From positions 1 through 61,357 of the IMG/VR virus record IMGVR_UViG_3300048584_000008: a stretch of DNA of 61,357 nt; one strand, written 5' to 3'. The notes under the pieces are model-generated. The model made no database searches. It was not told the origin of the DNA and worked only from the letters and a program-made list of their open reading frames with translations. This document shows positions 38,095 through 46,464 of the stretch, piece after piece. A program made the position numbers and the translations under genes. Origin of the DNA: a virus. Lineage: Duplodnaviria > Caudoviricetes. Position 1 is the first letter of the stretch. Each line of letters starts with the position of its first letter.

Positions 38095-38170
38095 TGGTGC
38101 CGCCTGCACGAATCGAACGCGCGACATCCTGATTACAAAACAGGTGCTCTGCCTACTGAGCTAAGGCGGC
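38095..38170 (-). tRNA. tRNA-Thr(TGT)
   Basis: 76 nt with CCA; CCTGT-TTTGTAA-TCAGG. Confidence 0.9.
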
Positions 38171-38175
38171 TAGGG

Positions 38176-38254
38176 TGGAGCGAGACTGGAGAGTCGAACT
38201 CCGCGTTCTTCAGCTTGGAAGGCTGCTGCCCGCCCCTTGGGCTAGTAATCTCGC
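38176..38254 (-). tRNA. Atypical tRNA-Gly(TCC)
   Basis: CAGC-CTTCCAA-GCTG, TTCGACT loop, GCG start, discriminator T + CCA; 79 nt with non-canonical stems. Confidence 0.75.
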
Positions 38255-38343
38255 AAAGGTGCCGGTACGTGGACGCTCCGGCTGCGCGTTTGGTATCGGC
38301 GGCTAGCGCCACCCACCACCCACGCTTGGTTACCAAAGAAGTT

Positions 38344-38372
38344 ACTATACTGACCTAGGCCCCTCTTGTCAA
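38344..38372 (-). promoter_or_regulatory. Sigma70 promoter for the tRNA cluster
   Basis: TTGACA-N17-TATAGT. Confidence 0.85.
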
Positions 38373-38407
38373 GGGGCTAGGCGTATACCATTCAGACTCG
38401 GTTAATC

Positions 38408-38638
38408 TTACCAGCTAATCTCTAGCTGCACAGACTTCGGCTCTTCCTGCACTACCCGCGTCTGAAAGCCGGCCGCGTCCAGGACGCCGTTAGCCTCGGT
38501 AAGGTTGTGGCGCTTAAGCCAAATCTTAGTGGAGCTGAAGTTATTGCTCACTGCGTTATTGACCCGCTGCTGGATGTAGTCCGAGACGGACAGGGCAGCG
38601 GCAACCTTCGGGGCGGAACTGGTAGGCTTAGTAAGCAT
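38408..38638 (-). CDS. Hypothetical protein
   Basis: AAGGAG RBS before ATG 38638; LDAAGF...EISW. Confidence 0.65.
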   Translation of the reverse strand: MLTKPTSSAPKVAAALSVSDYIQQRVNNAVSNNFSSTKIWLKRHNLTEANGVLDAAGFQTRVVQEEPKSVQLEISW

Positions 38639-38651
38639 GTTGTGGTTCTCC

Positions 38652-40664
38652 TTATTTAACGGGGCACACACCACCAGCACACTCATCATCTGAGTCGAAC
38701 GTGGCGGTAGCAACGGAAGTAATCATAGTGGAACGGGAAAGCATATCGAGGTACGTGGCCTTATCAATCTCCTCAAGAGGGGCTTGGTCGAAGCCGTGAC
38801 CAGAATGGAGCAGGAAGCTCAAGCTCTTAAAGTTATGGGTGAAGTTCTCCTTAAGGTACTCTTGAATCAGGGGCAACTCTTCCATCCGGTAGTACACAGT
38901 GCAGCTAACAGAGTTGTCAGACCACTCAGCCTGCAGACGCCGGACTACCTCAAGTTGGTCGATGGCAGTCATATCTGCTGCTAGCTTAGTCCCTTCGGGG
39001 TAGCTAAAGGGGAAGCTCACCACCACCGTCGAAGTGTCATTCGTGCCATCGAAGTTACGCTGGAACTCAACGTCATAACCATGTGCACGGCAAACATCAA
39101 CGAGAGGACTATCACTGGCAACACGAATGCGCCTAATAAGATAGTTGCTAAAAGCAGGGTGACATCCCGGAGTAACGCCGGGAAGCAGAGATAGAGTACC
39201 ACTAGGCTTAACAGTAGTGAGTTTAATAGATTCGGGGAAATCGTGTATGTAAGAATACGCCCTATCGTACAGACGCAGGCTGTCATACGTTTCACTCAAC
39301 CAGCTCCGCTGCTCTTCGGTCGCTTGTAGGTAACCTGTAATGCCAATTCCCATCCGCATATTCTTATGAACAACTTGCTCCGTCTCCGGGAGATGGCATG
39401 GTAGGGCAAGACTATGCTTACAAACCCTATACAGTAGAGTTGCAACATCCAGAAGTTCGGCTCTCGAATCAATGTTGGGTAGAAAGATTTCAGCAAGGCA
39501 GCAAGTTTCATAGTCTTCTAAGCTCTGCTCGGCACAGGGGTTGTATCCTCGCACGCTGGCATCTGGGTAACTAGTGTCGCCAGTCCGTCCAACAGCTCTT
39601 GATAGGTCAAGGTTAATGATTCCGTACGGCTCCCCGTTCCCTTTGTACCCTTCCCAGAAACTGTCAGGCAACAGACGAATGTCCGAGCAGACAACGGAGT
39701 TGTTGGATTTACTTCTCCACGAAGGGATAGCTCCCAAGTCCCAGCGCTTGGCTTGCATGTACTCTTCGTCATCGTAATCTCCAATAGCCAGCTGGGCTGA
39801 GCGTCGCACGTTACCAGCTACAACCACCGCCCCGATTATGTTCATGATATCTAGACAGTCGATAGGCCTCAGCTTTTGTCCGGCTCGCCTCTCAAGGATA
39901 CCAGCGATCTCTCCAATTCCCCACACAAGGTCTTCAGGTCCACTAGCAACGCCTCCGAATCCTCTAATAGGCGCACCCTTGCTTCTAACCAGCTGACAGG
40001 AGTATCGGAGTACCTTCCCGCTGGCCTCACGCGATTCAAATGCGGATGCCAGTACACGTTCAAGAAGTTGTACCCAACCCTCTCTTGTATCTGGAACAAT
40101 AAAGTCTGCACTTGAAGTGTCATCTCGTACTGGTGGTGCAAATGAGGCTCTAACTGGGGGAAGTTCATTTACGTACTCCCGTTGAATGTTATACCCTACG
40201 CCGCTTCCGAGCATAAGGAGGTCGAAGGCCCAAGTGAATGCTCTTGGGGAGTCCACTGTAACGAAGGCACAGTTCTGAAGGGACGCGAGTCCAAGCTTGC
40301 CAACAGTAGCAGTTCCCAGTTGCCAGAGGAATCTGCCCGCAACTGAACCTTTAAGTCCTTCGAGATATGATCCCAGCCTCCGCTGTTCGTCTCCTGTAAA
40401 TCCGCAATGCAGTTGGTCATTAGCTGCGTCAAGGACTCGTTGAACTGTGTCACTCCATTCTTCTGTTGGGCCAGTAGTATCATCTTCGTGTAGTCTCCGT
40501 GAGTAGGTTCGCTTGTAGGTCAGGTAGCCAACACTAGACCACGGCGTGCTAGCTGCAGTTAGTGGGGTGCGGGATTCCTCCTCGGTTAAAGTCCTGTGCT
40601 CGCTGGACTGTGGGGCAAGTGGCGAGGGTAACCTGTAGTTCTCTGAGTCGGGCGGTAGCTTCAA
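38652..40664 (-). CDS. nrdJ: Class II (adenosylcobalamin-dependent) ribonucleotide reductase
   Basis: YKRTYSR, LQNCAF, GSGVG, NVRRSA, NPCAEQ...CCLAE, TTVKPSGT, C-terminal CAGGVCPVK; TTG start 7 nt after AAGGAG. Confidence 0.93.
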   Translation of the reverse strand: MKLPPDSENYRLPSPLAPQSSEHRTLTEEESRTPLTAASTPWSSVGYLTYKRTYSRRLHEDDTTGPTEEWSDTVQRVLDAANDQLHCGFTGDEQRRLGSYLEGLKGSVAGRFLWQLGTATVGKLGLASLQNCAFVTVDSPRAFTWAFDLLMLGSGVGYNIQREYVNELPPVRASFAPPVRDDTSSADFIVPDTREGWVQLLERVLASAFESREASGKVLRYSCQLVRSKGAPIRGFGGVASGPEDLVWGIGEIAGILERRAGQKLRPIDCLDIMNIIGAVVVAGNVRRSAQLAIGDYDDEEYMQAKRWDLGAIPSWRSKSNNSVVCSDIRLLPDSFWEGYKGNGEPYGIINLDLSRAVGRTGDTSYPDASVRGYNPCAEQSLEDYETCCLAEIFLPNIDSRAELLDVATLLYRVCKHSLALPCHLPETEQVVHKNMRMGIGITGYLQATEEQRSWLSETYDSLRLYDRAYSYIHDFPESIKLTTVKPSGTLSLLPGVTPGCHPAFSNYLIRRIRVASDSPLVDVCRAHGYDVEFQRNFDGTNDTSTVVVSFPFSYPEGTKLAADMTAIDQLEVVRRLQAEWSDNSVSCTVYYRMEELPLIQEYLKENFTHNFKSLSFLLHSGHGFDQAPLEEIDKATYLDMLSRSTMITSVATATFDSDDECAGGVCPVK

Positions 40665-41043
40665 TCTTTTTCTCCTTGTCTTTGTTAGCGTACTCAGCCT
40701 GTAGCCGAGACGCGGCACCCTTCTCTGGGCGGTCATCTACTAGAACACCCACACTTAAAGCATCCAGCACTAGTGCTGCACAGGCCATAGCATGGGCAAG
40801 GTGGTGTACTTGTGAATCTTGAGCCAAGTCTTCCCCATCCCAGAAGGCATCCCAATGTCGCTGGGCTGCAGCCTTGTAGGTAGAGATAGAGATGGGGGAA
40901 GTACGCCAATTGTACGGGCCGTACTTACTAGCACCATCCGCCAGTGCCAGTGCTAGGTAGTGCACGGCAGACGGCGGTACTAGGTGAAGCGGTACTTTGG
41001 TGGCACCTACTAAAGTCTTCGGGTTGTTATCAGGATAGTTCAT
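40549..41043 (-). CDS. dATP/dGTP diphosphohydrolase-like (DUF5664) protein
   Basis: NPK...K.PL.LVPP, GASKYGPYNW, RH....DGED.A.DS.VHHLAHA. Confidence 0.85.
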   Translation of the reverse strand: MNYPDNNPKTLVGATKVPLHLVPPSAVHYLALALADGASKYGPYNWRTSPISISTYKAAAQRHWDAFWDGEDLAQDSQVHHLAHAMACAALVLDALSVGVLVDDRPEKGAASRLQAEYANKDKEKKIEATARLRELQVTLATCPTVQRAQDFNRGGIPHPTNCS

Positions 41044-41627
41044 AGGTCGCTCCATTGTGCAGCCATAGCGGCTGCGAATCCGGGAAAGGTTGTGCTTCTA
41101 ATGCCCGCTCTCTCGGCGCTAGGTGGAAGGTTATACCATTTAGGTAAGCTACGTCCAGACTTAGTTACGTGCCTCTCCCCCTTACCTACGATGTTAGTAG
41201 GCACGAGCTTAGGCAGGTTCTTCAGCCATAGGCAAGTAGTCTTTGTTGCTTCGTCGCCAAACATCCACGGCTGTACTATCTGGTCAGGCTTACGGATGTA
41301 GCTAGAGATTACACTTACTGGATTTTCGATAGCTATCTTAGGAATAGGTGCGTCCATCAGTAGCTGCACAAATCGTAAGGCTTCTTTCTGTTCTTTCTGC
41401 TTATCCTTAAACCATCTAGCGCCGGACACTGCGAGGTGGGTACACGGCGGATGGGCAATCATCAAGTCCCACTTACCGTTGTATGCAGTCAGTAACACAT
41501 CTGCTTGAATGTGATACGGGCTGTCGTCGGGGCTGGGGAGCAAGTCAAAGCTCCAAGCATCATGGCCTAGCGCACGAAACGCATCCCGGACCCTACCTGA
41601 AAACTCACACGCTACCAGTACTTGCAT
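41040..41627 (-). CDS. Short phage-type DNA cytosine-C5 methyltransferase
   Basis: LVACEFSG, DLMIAHPPCT (catalytic PC), IAIENP, QPWMFG...K.TCLW. Confidence 0.8.
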   Translation of the reverse strand: MQVLVACEFSGRVRDAFRALGHDAWSFDLLPSPDDSPYHIQADVLLTAYNGKWDLMIAHPPCTHLAVSGARWFKDKQKEQKEALRFVQLLMDAPIPKIAIENPVSVISSYIRKPDQIVQPWMFGDEATKTTCLWLKNLPKLVPTNIVGKGERHVTKSGRSLPKWYNLPPSAERAGIRSTTFPGFAAAMAAQWSDL

Positions 41628-41847
41628 TGTTCCACCTTGCTTTGTAGTTGTTCATCACTCGTCGCAGCACGTAGCTGCGTACCACAGAAATTACAGTGAA
41701 GATTACCCCTATCCACAGCGCGTCGCTGTAGCTTACGTTAAATCCAAACAGGGGTAGGATGAAGATGTTACCGGCGTAGTTGATGCCGAAGCCTACGGCT
41801 ACGTTGAACCACGCCTCGGCGAATGAGCCGAGCTTTGTCTGAGACAT
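41605..41847 (-). CDS. Small two-TM conserved phage protein
   Basis: QTKLGSFAEAWFNVAVGF...FTVISVVRSYVLRR pattern. Confidence 0.75.
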   Translation of the reverse strand: MSQTKLGSFAEAWFNVAVGFGINYAGNIFILPLFGFNVSYSDALWIGVIFTVISVVRSYVLRRVMNNYKARWNNASTGSV

Positions 41848-41868
41848 GGCTGCCCTCTAGGAACAAAG

Positions 41869-41939
41869 GCCCCGGCCTACTAAGGACAGCTAGCAACAGC
41901 CCGCTTGGTCGGGTACTTGCTAGGCCTGTAGGCCGGGGC
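41869..41939. other. Long interrupted hairpin (candidate ncRNA or processing site)
   Basis: 12-bp, 7-bp and 4-bp nested stems. Confidence 0.6.
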
Positions 41940-41954
41940 ACAACTTAGAACACT

Positions 41955-42050
41955 TTAGCGGCTAGAAGTTCTCGCTTTCCTGACTGCCACTATAACGAAG
42001 CCTATCAGTATTACAATGGGCAGTATTAACGAGGCCTGAATGAACCTCAC
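41955..42050 (-). CDS. 31-aa single-TM peptide (not in ORF track)
   Basis: GTGA overlap, GAGGAG RBS; MRFIQASLILPIVILIGFVIVAVRKARTSSR. Confidence 0.6.
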   Translation of the reverse strand: MRFIQASLILPIVILIGFVIVAVRKARTSSR

Positions 42051-42598
42051 TCCCACTCCTCAGCAACGCCCGAGGCAGGGACGCCAGCCCCAGCCTCCGG
42101 GGTGGTAGCCCGAACAGCACGCGGCTTGAACGTGGTCTTACCCTCGGTATTGACAAGGAGGAACTCAGCCGCCTTCTCATCTACAAGCGCCTCTAAGAGG
42201 GCGAACTTCTCGGCGGGGGTAGACTTAGCCGTAGTCCCGGGAATGGCACCAGCGGCCACCACGGCGGCTACAAAGGCTACTGCCGTGTTGTAGGCCGACT
42301 GCCTAGAGATGACGTCCTGCTTGTAGTCACCGCCTGCAGTAGCTGGCGGCTTAGCCAGCCCACCCGTCTGCTGGACAGCGGCAGCTGCGTTAGCCACCAC
42401 GCTCAGGGTGCGGGTATCGGCGTTAAGGAAGTTACCATTCTGGGTAGCCGTGAAGCTAACAGTATCGCCGGCCTTGGCAGCTGGCGGCTTGTTGCCACAG
42501 CCATAACGGTTACCGTCTACGATCATGGTGTACATCATAGCGCCCGTCTTGGTGGGGAACGCCTTAATCTCACTGACCATGCCTTGAATCTGAGCCAT
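42047..42598 (-). CDS. Putative ssDNA-binding/replication accessory protein
   Basis: Follows the polymerase; beta-rich N-terminus; acidic-aromatic tail AEEWE. Confidence 0.5.
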   Translation of the reverse strand: MAQIQGMVSEIKAFPTKTGAMMYTMIVDGNRYGCGNKPPAAKAGDTVSFTATQNGNFLNADTRTLSVVANAAAAVQQTGGLAKPPATAGGDYKQDVISRQSAYNTAVAFVAAVVAAGAIPGTTAKSTPAEKFALLEALVDEKAAEFLLVNTEGKTTFKPRAVRATTPEAGAGVPASGVAEEWE

Positions 42599-42601
42599 GT
42601 T

Positions 42602-44497
42602 TTACTTCTCCTTAAAGGTAAAGGTACCATCGGGAAACACATTCCAAATGGATTCACTAGAGGCGGTGCCCCAGTTGCGTGAAGCCTTGACGCCCACGCC
42701 TAGCGGTGTAACAAACTCATAGTCATAAATCTCCCGCAGGTAGCGGTATACATCATCCGTCAGCGACTGCTTAAGTAGCTGCTTACAAATCTCTACTGCA
42801 TCCTTGTGAACTATTGCTCCAATAGAATCGTGGATCGTGGTGAAGATTCGGATTGCAGCACCAGCACTCCTGTGCCAGAAGTGTACCAAGGCTATCGGGA
42901 TAATCTCTCCAGTAGCAAACCCCTGTACAGGGTAGTTATAAATCTGAGTGGTGTTGGTTATGTATCCACCCCTATTCATCTTGGTGCCCGGCCAGTAGAA
43001 TGTCATGCCGTATGGTGTACGCTGCTGCTTAGTGTCTATGGCCCTTAGTGCCCACGAGTACTGCTCGTTGGCTATGTAGGTGTACTTGGCCTTGAAGAAC
43101 TCGCAGTATTCTACTACAGCATCTGAGCCTGACGCACCGCCATACAGCGGCTTGAAGGTAAACGCCTTACTATCTTGTCGCCTCTCCTTAGCAGTCATTG
43201 TATCAAAGCCTGGGTGTCCGTGCTCGAACAAGAAGTTAGCAGTAATCGTATGAACATCTACATCTTCCGCAATCTCCTTGATAGCTACTGGGTCACGGCA
43301 AAGGTCTGCAGCTACACGGAACTCTAGTTGTGCGCCGTCGCCCTCTACTACTACCCAATCTTCATGACCTGACCAGAACAATCTCTTGTACTCACGTGGG
43401 ACATTCTGTAACTGGATGCCTCGCGGCTTCTTCTCACCAGCAAATAATAGCGGCTTGCCCGACGAGGTTAGCCGGTGTGTACCGGCTCGGCCTAGGTTGA
43501 ACGAGCCGAAGAACTTACCACCATACTCGTCACACACTCCCTTGAAGAACACAAGGTTCTTAGTAAGCAGGCTGTCAAGCCTGTTGAAGCGGCGGTACAG
43601 GTCGAGGAAAGCTTCCTGCTTAGGGGTCTTAGCTACTAGCCTAGACAAAGCATCTGTGCTAGTAGATGGGGCACCCTTGCCGGTAAGCATCTCCTTACCA
43701 CGGTGGTCGGTAGGTACCCTGAACTTAAGCACGCTGAATAGGAACTCACCTACCTGTTTAGGGCTAGCTAGATTGATGCCGCCTGTCTGCTCGTACAACT
43801 CTGTGTTAGCTGCCTGCCACTCAGTCTGCGTCTTGCGGTACTCCTCTGCTACAGCTACAGGGTCTAGGGTCAAGCCCTCAAACTCTATATCGGCTAGCAC
43901 CGCAGCTGTCAGGTTGCGGGTGTGTACTAGGTGCATCTGCTCCATGTACGTGAGCTTAGCTATCTGATCTACAAAGACTCGGTGCGTAATGTCTACGTCC
44001 TGCTTGCAGTACTTGAGTAGCCAGTCCTGCTTAATAGTGGAGGGGCACATGCCCATCCGCATCAGCGTAGCTACAAGGTTACCCTTGCCCGCTATACCTA
44101 TACGTGCAGCTAGTGCATCTAAGTTGCGCTCCAGCTGGCGGTTACCGTCGAGTACCCAAGCACCTAGCATAGTATCGTAAAAGAGTACGGTGCGTAGGTC
44201 GAGGCCACATCGCTTGAGCCATTGCATCTCGAACTTGGAGTTCTGTGCAACAACAAACTTAACGCGGCGTATGTCTTCTAGCAGTTCCTCTAGTTCGTAC
44301 TCATCACCGAACTTATACTTCTCCTCTAACAGCACGCCCTTCTTGTACCTAGACCAGCAGGCTAACACTATCCTGTTGTCAGGGCACAGGGCAGAGCCCT
44401 TGTCCTTGTTCGTGGTCTCGAAGTCTAGTACTAGATACTCCGCGTCGCTGGTGTATACGTACTGGCTATCCTTCTGCAAGAACCACGGAAGGCTCAT
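42602..44497 (-). CDS. Family A DNA polymerase with 3'-5' exonuclease
   Basis: VLDFET, YCKQDV; motif A DGAQLEFR, motif B RQDSKAFTFKPLYGG, motif C IHDS. Confidence 0.95.
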   Translation of the reverse strand: MSLPWFLQKDSQYVYTSDAEYLVLDFETTNKDKGSALCPDNRIVLACWSRYKKGVLLEEKYKFGDEYELEELLEDIRRVKFVVAQNSKFEMQWLKRCGLDLRTVLFYDTMLGAWVLDGNRQLERNLDALAARIGIAGKGNLVATLMRMGMCPSTIKQDWLLKYCKQDVDITHRVFVDQIAKLTYMEQMHLVHTRNLTAAVLADIEFEGLTLDPVAVAEEYRKTQTEWQAANTELYEQTGGINLASPKQVGEFLFSVLKFRVPTDHRGKEMLTGKGAPSTSTDALSRLVAKTPKQEAFLDLYRRFNRLDSLLTKNLVFFKGVCDEYGGKFFGSFNLGRAGTHRLTSSGKPLLFAGEKKPRGIQLQNVPREYKRLFWSGHEDWVVVEGDGAQLEFRVAADLCRDPVAIKEIAEDVDVHTITANFLFEHGHPGFDTMTAKERRQDSKAFTFKPLYGGASGSDAVVEYCEFFKAKYTYIANEQYSWALRAIDTKQQRTPYGMTFYWPGTKMNRGGYITNTTQIYNYPVQGFATGEIIPIALVHFWHRSAGAAIRIFTTIHDSIGAIVHKDAVEICKQLLKQSLTDDVYRYLREIYDYEFVTPLGVGVKASRNWGTASSESIWNVFPDGTFTFKEK

Positions 44498-44724
44498 CCA
44501 AAGACCTCCGTGAATTGTTCGCGTGTCATAGTGTGGCTAGGTGCCAGTCCACCAGACGGTAGTCTTTTGTGGAAGATTAGGAAGCCACCTAAGGCTTCCG
44601 GTAATACGGCCCACTCAGTCCCTGACAGGTCGTACCCCCACAGGGTACCATGTAGTTCGTGTGTGAATCCCTTGTGGTACAACAACACAAGGTCTGTGTA
44701 GTCTAGATAGTCTTCTTGCTCCAT
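44494..44724 (-). CDS. Hypothetical protein
   Basis: AGGAG RBS; ATGA overlap with the polymerase. Confidence 0.6.
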   Translation of the reverse strand: MEQEDYLDYTDLVLLYHKGFTHELHGTLWGYDLSGTEWAVLPEALGGFLIFHKRLPSGGLAPSHTMTREQFTEVFG

Positions 44725-44725
44725 A

Positions 44726-44792
44726 TGCTCCTATAATGCTCTATATAATATATGCTCTTATATATTTATATATATTTATATATTATATATAT
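44726..44792. other. AT-rich origin-like site 2
   Basis: Pure A/T 44758-44792; TGCTC(C/T)..TA repeats including GCTCTTATA shared with site 1. Confidence 0.55.
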
Positions 44793-44814
44793 CTCTTCGC
44801 TGACCTAGGTCCAG

Positions 44815-44843
44815 ATTATAAAGACCTAAGCCACTCGTGTCAA
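44815..44843 (-). promoter_or_regulatory. Consensus sigma70 promoter for the polymerase operon
   Basis: TTGACA-N17-TATAAT. Confidence 0.9.
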
Positions 44844-44881
44844 TAGTTTATCATCTGTTCATTCACTCAAGGTACATCTAG

Positions 44882-46087
44882 TTAAACAGATGTATAACGA
44901 GAGATGCTTGGACTCAGCCTTACAGGGAAGCTAGCGTGGTCACCAGACAACTTATTCTTGGGAAGACTAATCATTCTCAGCCCCTGATTCTCTAGTGCCG
45001 GGGTCACACCGATACCAATCATCACGTCCGCTTGCGACGGAATGCCTACGTTAGAGAAGTCAACGTCACCTTGGTCAAGTACTTCCTTGTTGCGAGCAGA
45101 CTCACCTGCCTGCGTCACAGAAAACACAGCGATGCCCATCTTCTTAGCTAGGTTACGCATGGCAGTAGCCGCTGCTTCCAGCTGAAGTACCCTACTCTCA
45201 GACTTCATAGCCACGTTACGCAGCTGGTCAACGACAATCCACTTAGCATTGTACCTATCTGCGTAGTCCTCAATCTGCCGGGGAGTACCCGGTGCCACGC
45301 TAAGGAACTGAACGTTAGCTAAACCTTGGTCCGTTGCTTGCTGAAGTGCGGCCTCCGGGTTAGCCAGTATCTCGTGCTTAGTCATGCCGGTGAGGCATGA
45401 TATCAGCCGAACTAACATGTCCTGCGGCCTATCCTCGTTGCCGAAGTACACACCCATCAGTCCCTGCCTAGCGAATCCAGCAGCGATGGTCAGCATCAGC
45501 GCAGTCTTACCTGCCTCTGACATACCGTACACTACTACGTGGTGGCCCCCTCTCACGCCACCGTCTATGTGATTAGAGATAGCCATAGGGTATACAGCCA
45601 TCTTAGTACTATCATCTGCCTCGCCAGTAAGGATGGATAAGAAGTTAGTACTATCTACTACCTCAACCCCTTCCTCTGTTAGGTCCTCTAGCTCGGTCAA
45701 CCTACATACTGTTTGATACTCTTCTAGTAACCCCTCGTGGTCTCTATCCTCAACAATTGCTTGCGCTAGAGATAACCCTAGCTCCGTTTTCCTAGCCCCC
45801 AATACTACCTGCCGCACGTTAACCTCTGATATATCCAGAGATACTGCACTGTCTACTAGGGTACTAAACTCTAGTAAGTGCTTGTCGTTACGCGTAGTAT
45901 CTTCGAGTAATCCCTTAAGGGTATTACCGTCTACTTTAGTAGCCGTAGTATCTCGGCCATAGTAACTAGATACTTGGTCGAATACTATCTGAAAGGCTCG
46001 TGAGTATTTCCTTAAGTCAATGTGCCCAGAGATAAGGTCGAAGCTTTCTCTTGAGCGCAGACTCGCCGCTAATAGTGTGGTCTCCAT
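44882..46087 (-). CDS. DnaB-like replicative helicase
   Basis: GMSEAGKT, IVVDQL, VTQA, ADVMIG, KNKLSG. Confidence 0.92.
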   Translation of the reverse strand: METTLLAASLRSRESFDLISGHIDLRKYSRAFQIVFDQVSSYYGRDTTATKVDGNTLKGLLEDTTRNDKHLLEFSTLVDSAVSLDISEVNVRQVVLGARKTELGLSLAQAIVEDRDHEGLLEEYQTVCRLTELEDLTEEGVEVVDSTNFLSILTGEADDSTKMAVYPMAISNHIDGGVRGGHHVVVYGMSEAGKTALMLTIAAGFARQGLMGVYFGNEDRPQDMLVRLISCLTGMTKHEILANPEAALQQATDQGLANVQFLSVAPGTPRQIEDYADRYNAKWIVVDQLRNVAMKSESRVLQLEAAATAMRNLAKKMGIAVFSVTQAGESARNKEVLDQGDVDFSNVGIPSQADVMIGIGVTPALENQGLRMISLPKNKLSGDHASFPVRLSPSISRYTSV

Positions 46088-46455
46088 TAGATAACATCAT
46101 ACTGTTCAACAATCTGCGAGACTAGCTCGGGGTCGTCGTATTGAAACCTATCAGGCAGGTTAAGCGTACGTATCTGTTTGTCCTCCATCTTACCAAAGTG
46201 GGCAGACAGCTGATGGAACACCTCAGGGTTAGCACACACAATCTCGTCAGCCCACTCAATCAGTACCTCGTCCACAGGTATGAGAGCGTAGTCAGTATAC
46301 ACACCCGCCGCTCTGGTGTTGAAGTTGTACGGCGGATTGGCAAGCACCTTAGCCATAGTGGGGCTACGCAGAAGTCCAGCCGAGCAAAGGCACAAGACCT
46401 TATAGGCCGGGCCTTGGTTAGGATTCTTTACATTGTACATGCGGTTGTGCGACAT
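46087..46455 (-). CDS. Low-molecular-weight protein tyrosine phosphatase-like protein
   Basis: CSAGLLRS P-loop (CX5R), TRAAG, WAD, LPD. Confidence 0.85.
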   Translation of the reverse strand: MSHNRMYNVKNPNQGPAYKVLCLCSAGLLRSPTMAKVLANPPYNFNTRAAGVYTDYALIPVDEVLIEWADEIVCANPEVFHQLSAHFGKMEDKQIRTLNLPDRFQYDDPELVSQIVEQYDVI

Positions 46456-46464
46456 GCTTTCTCC

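Noticed and set aside
37978-38358. ORFs 37978-38358 (+) and 38133-38336 (-)
   Set aside because: They overlap the tRNA-Thr and tRNA-Gly genes and have no RBS
40549-40736. Frameshift fusion of DUF5664 to NrdJ, or an NrdJ start at ATG 40736
   Set aside because: An in-frame TTG at 40664 with AAGGAG 7 nt upstream explains initiation; no slippery site seen
41955-42045. Cobalamin riboswitch upstream of the nrdJ operon (AGTCAGGA resembles a B12 box)
   Set aside because: Other conserved elements are missing and the segment is better explained as a 31-aa membrane peptide ORF
40549-44497. Z-genome (2-aminoadenine) system
   Set aside because: No PurZ/adenylosuccinate synthetase-like or HD-domain DatZ gene recognised
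7771-44497. Introns or inteins in TerL, NrdJ or the polymerase
   Set aside because: ORFs are continuous, of normal length, and show no splicing or homing endonuclease motifs
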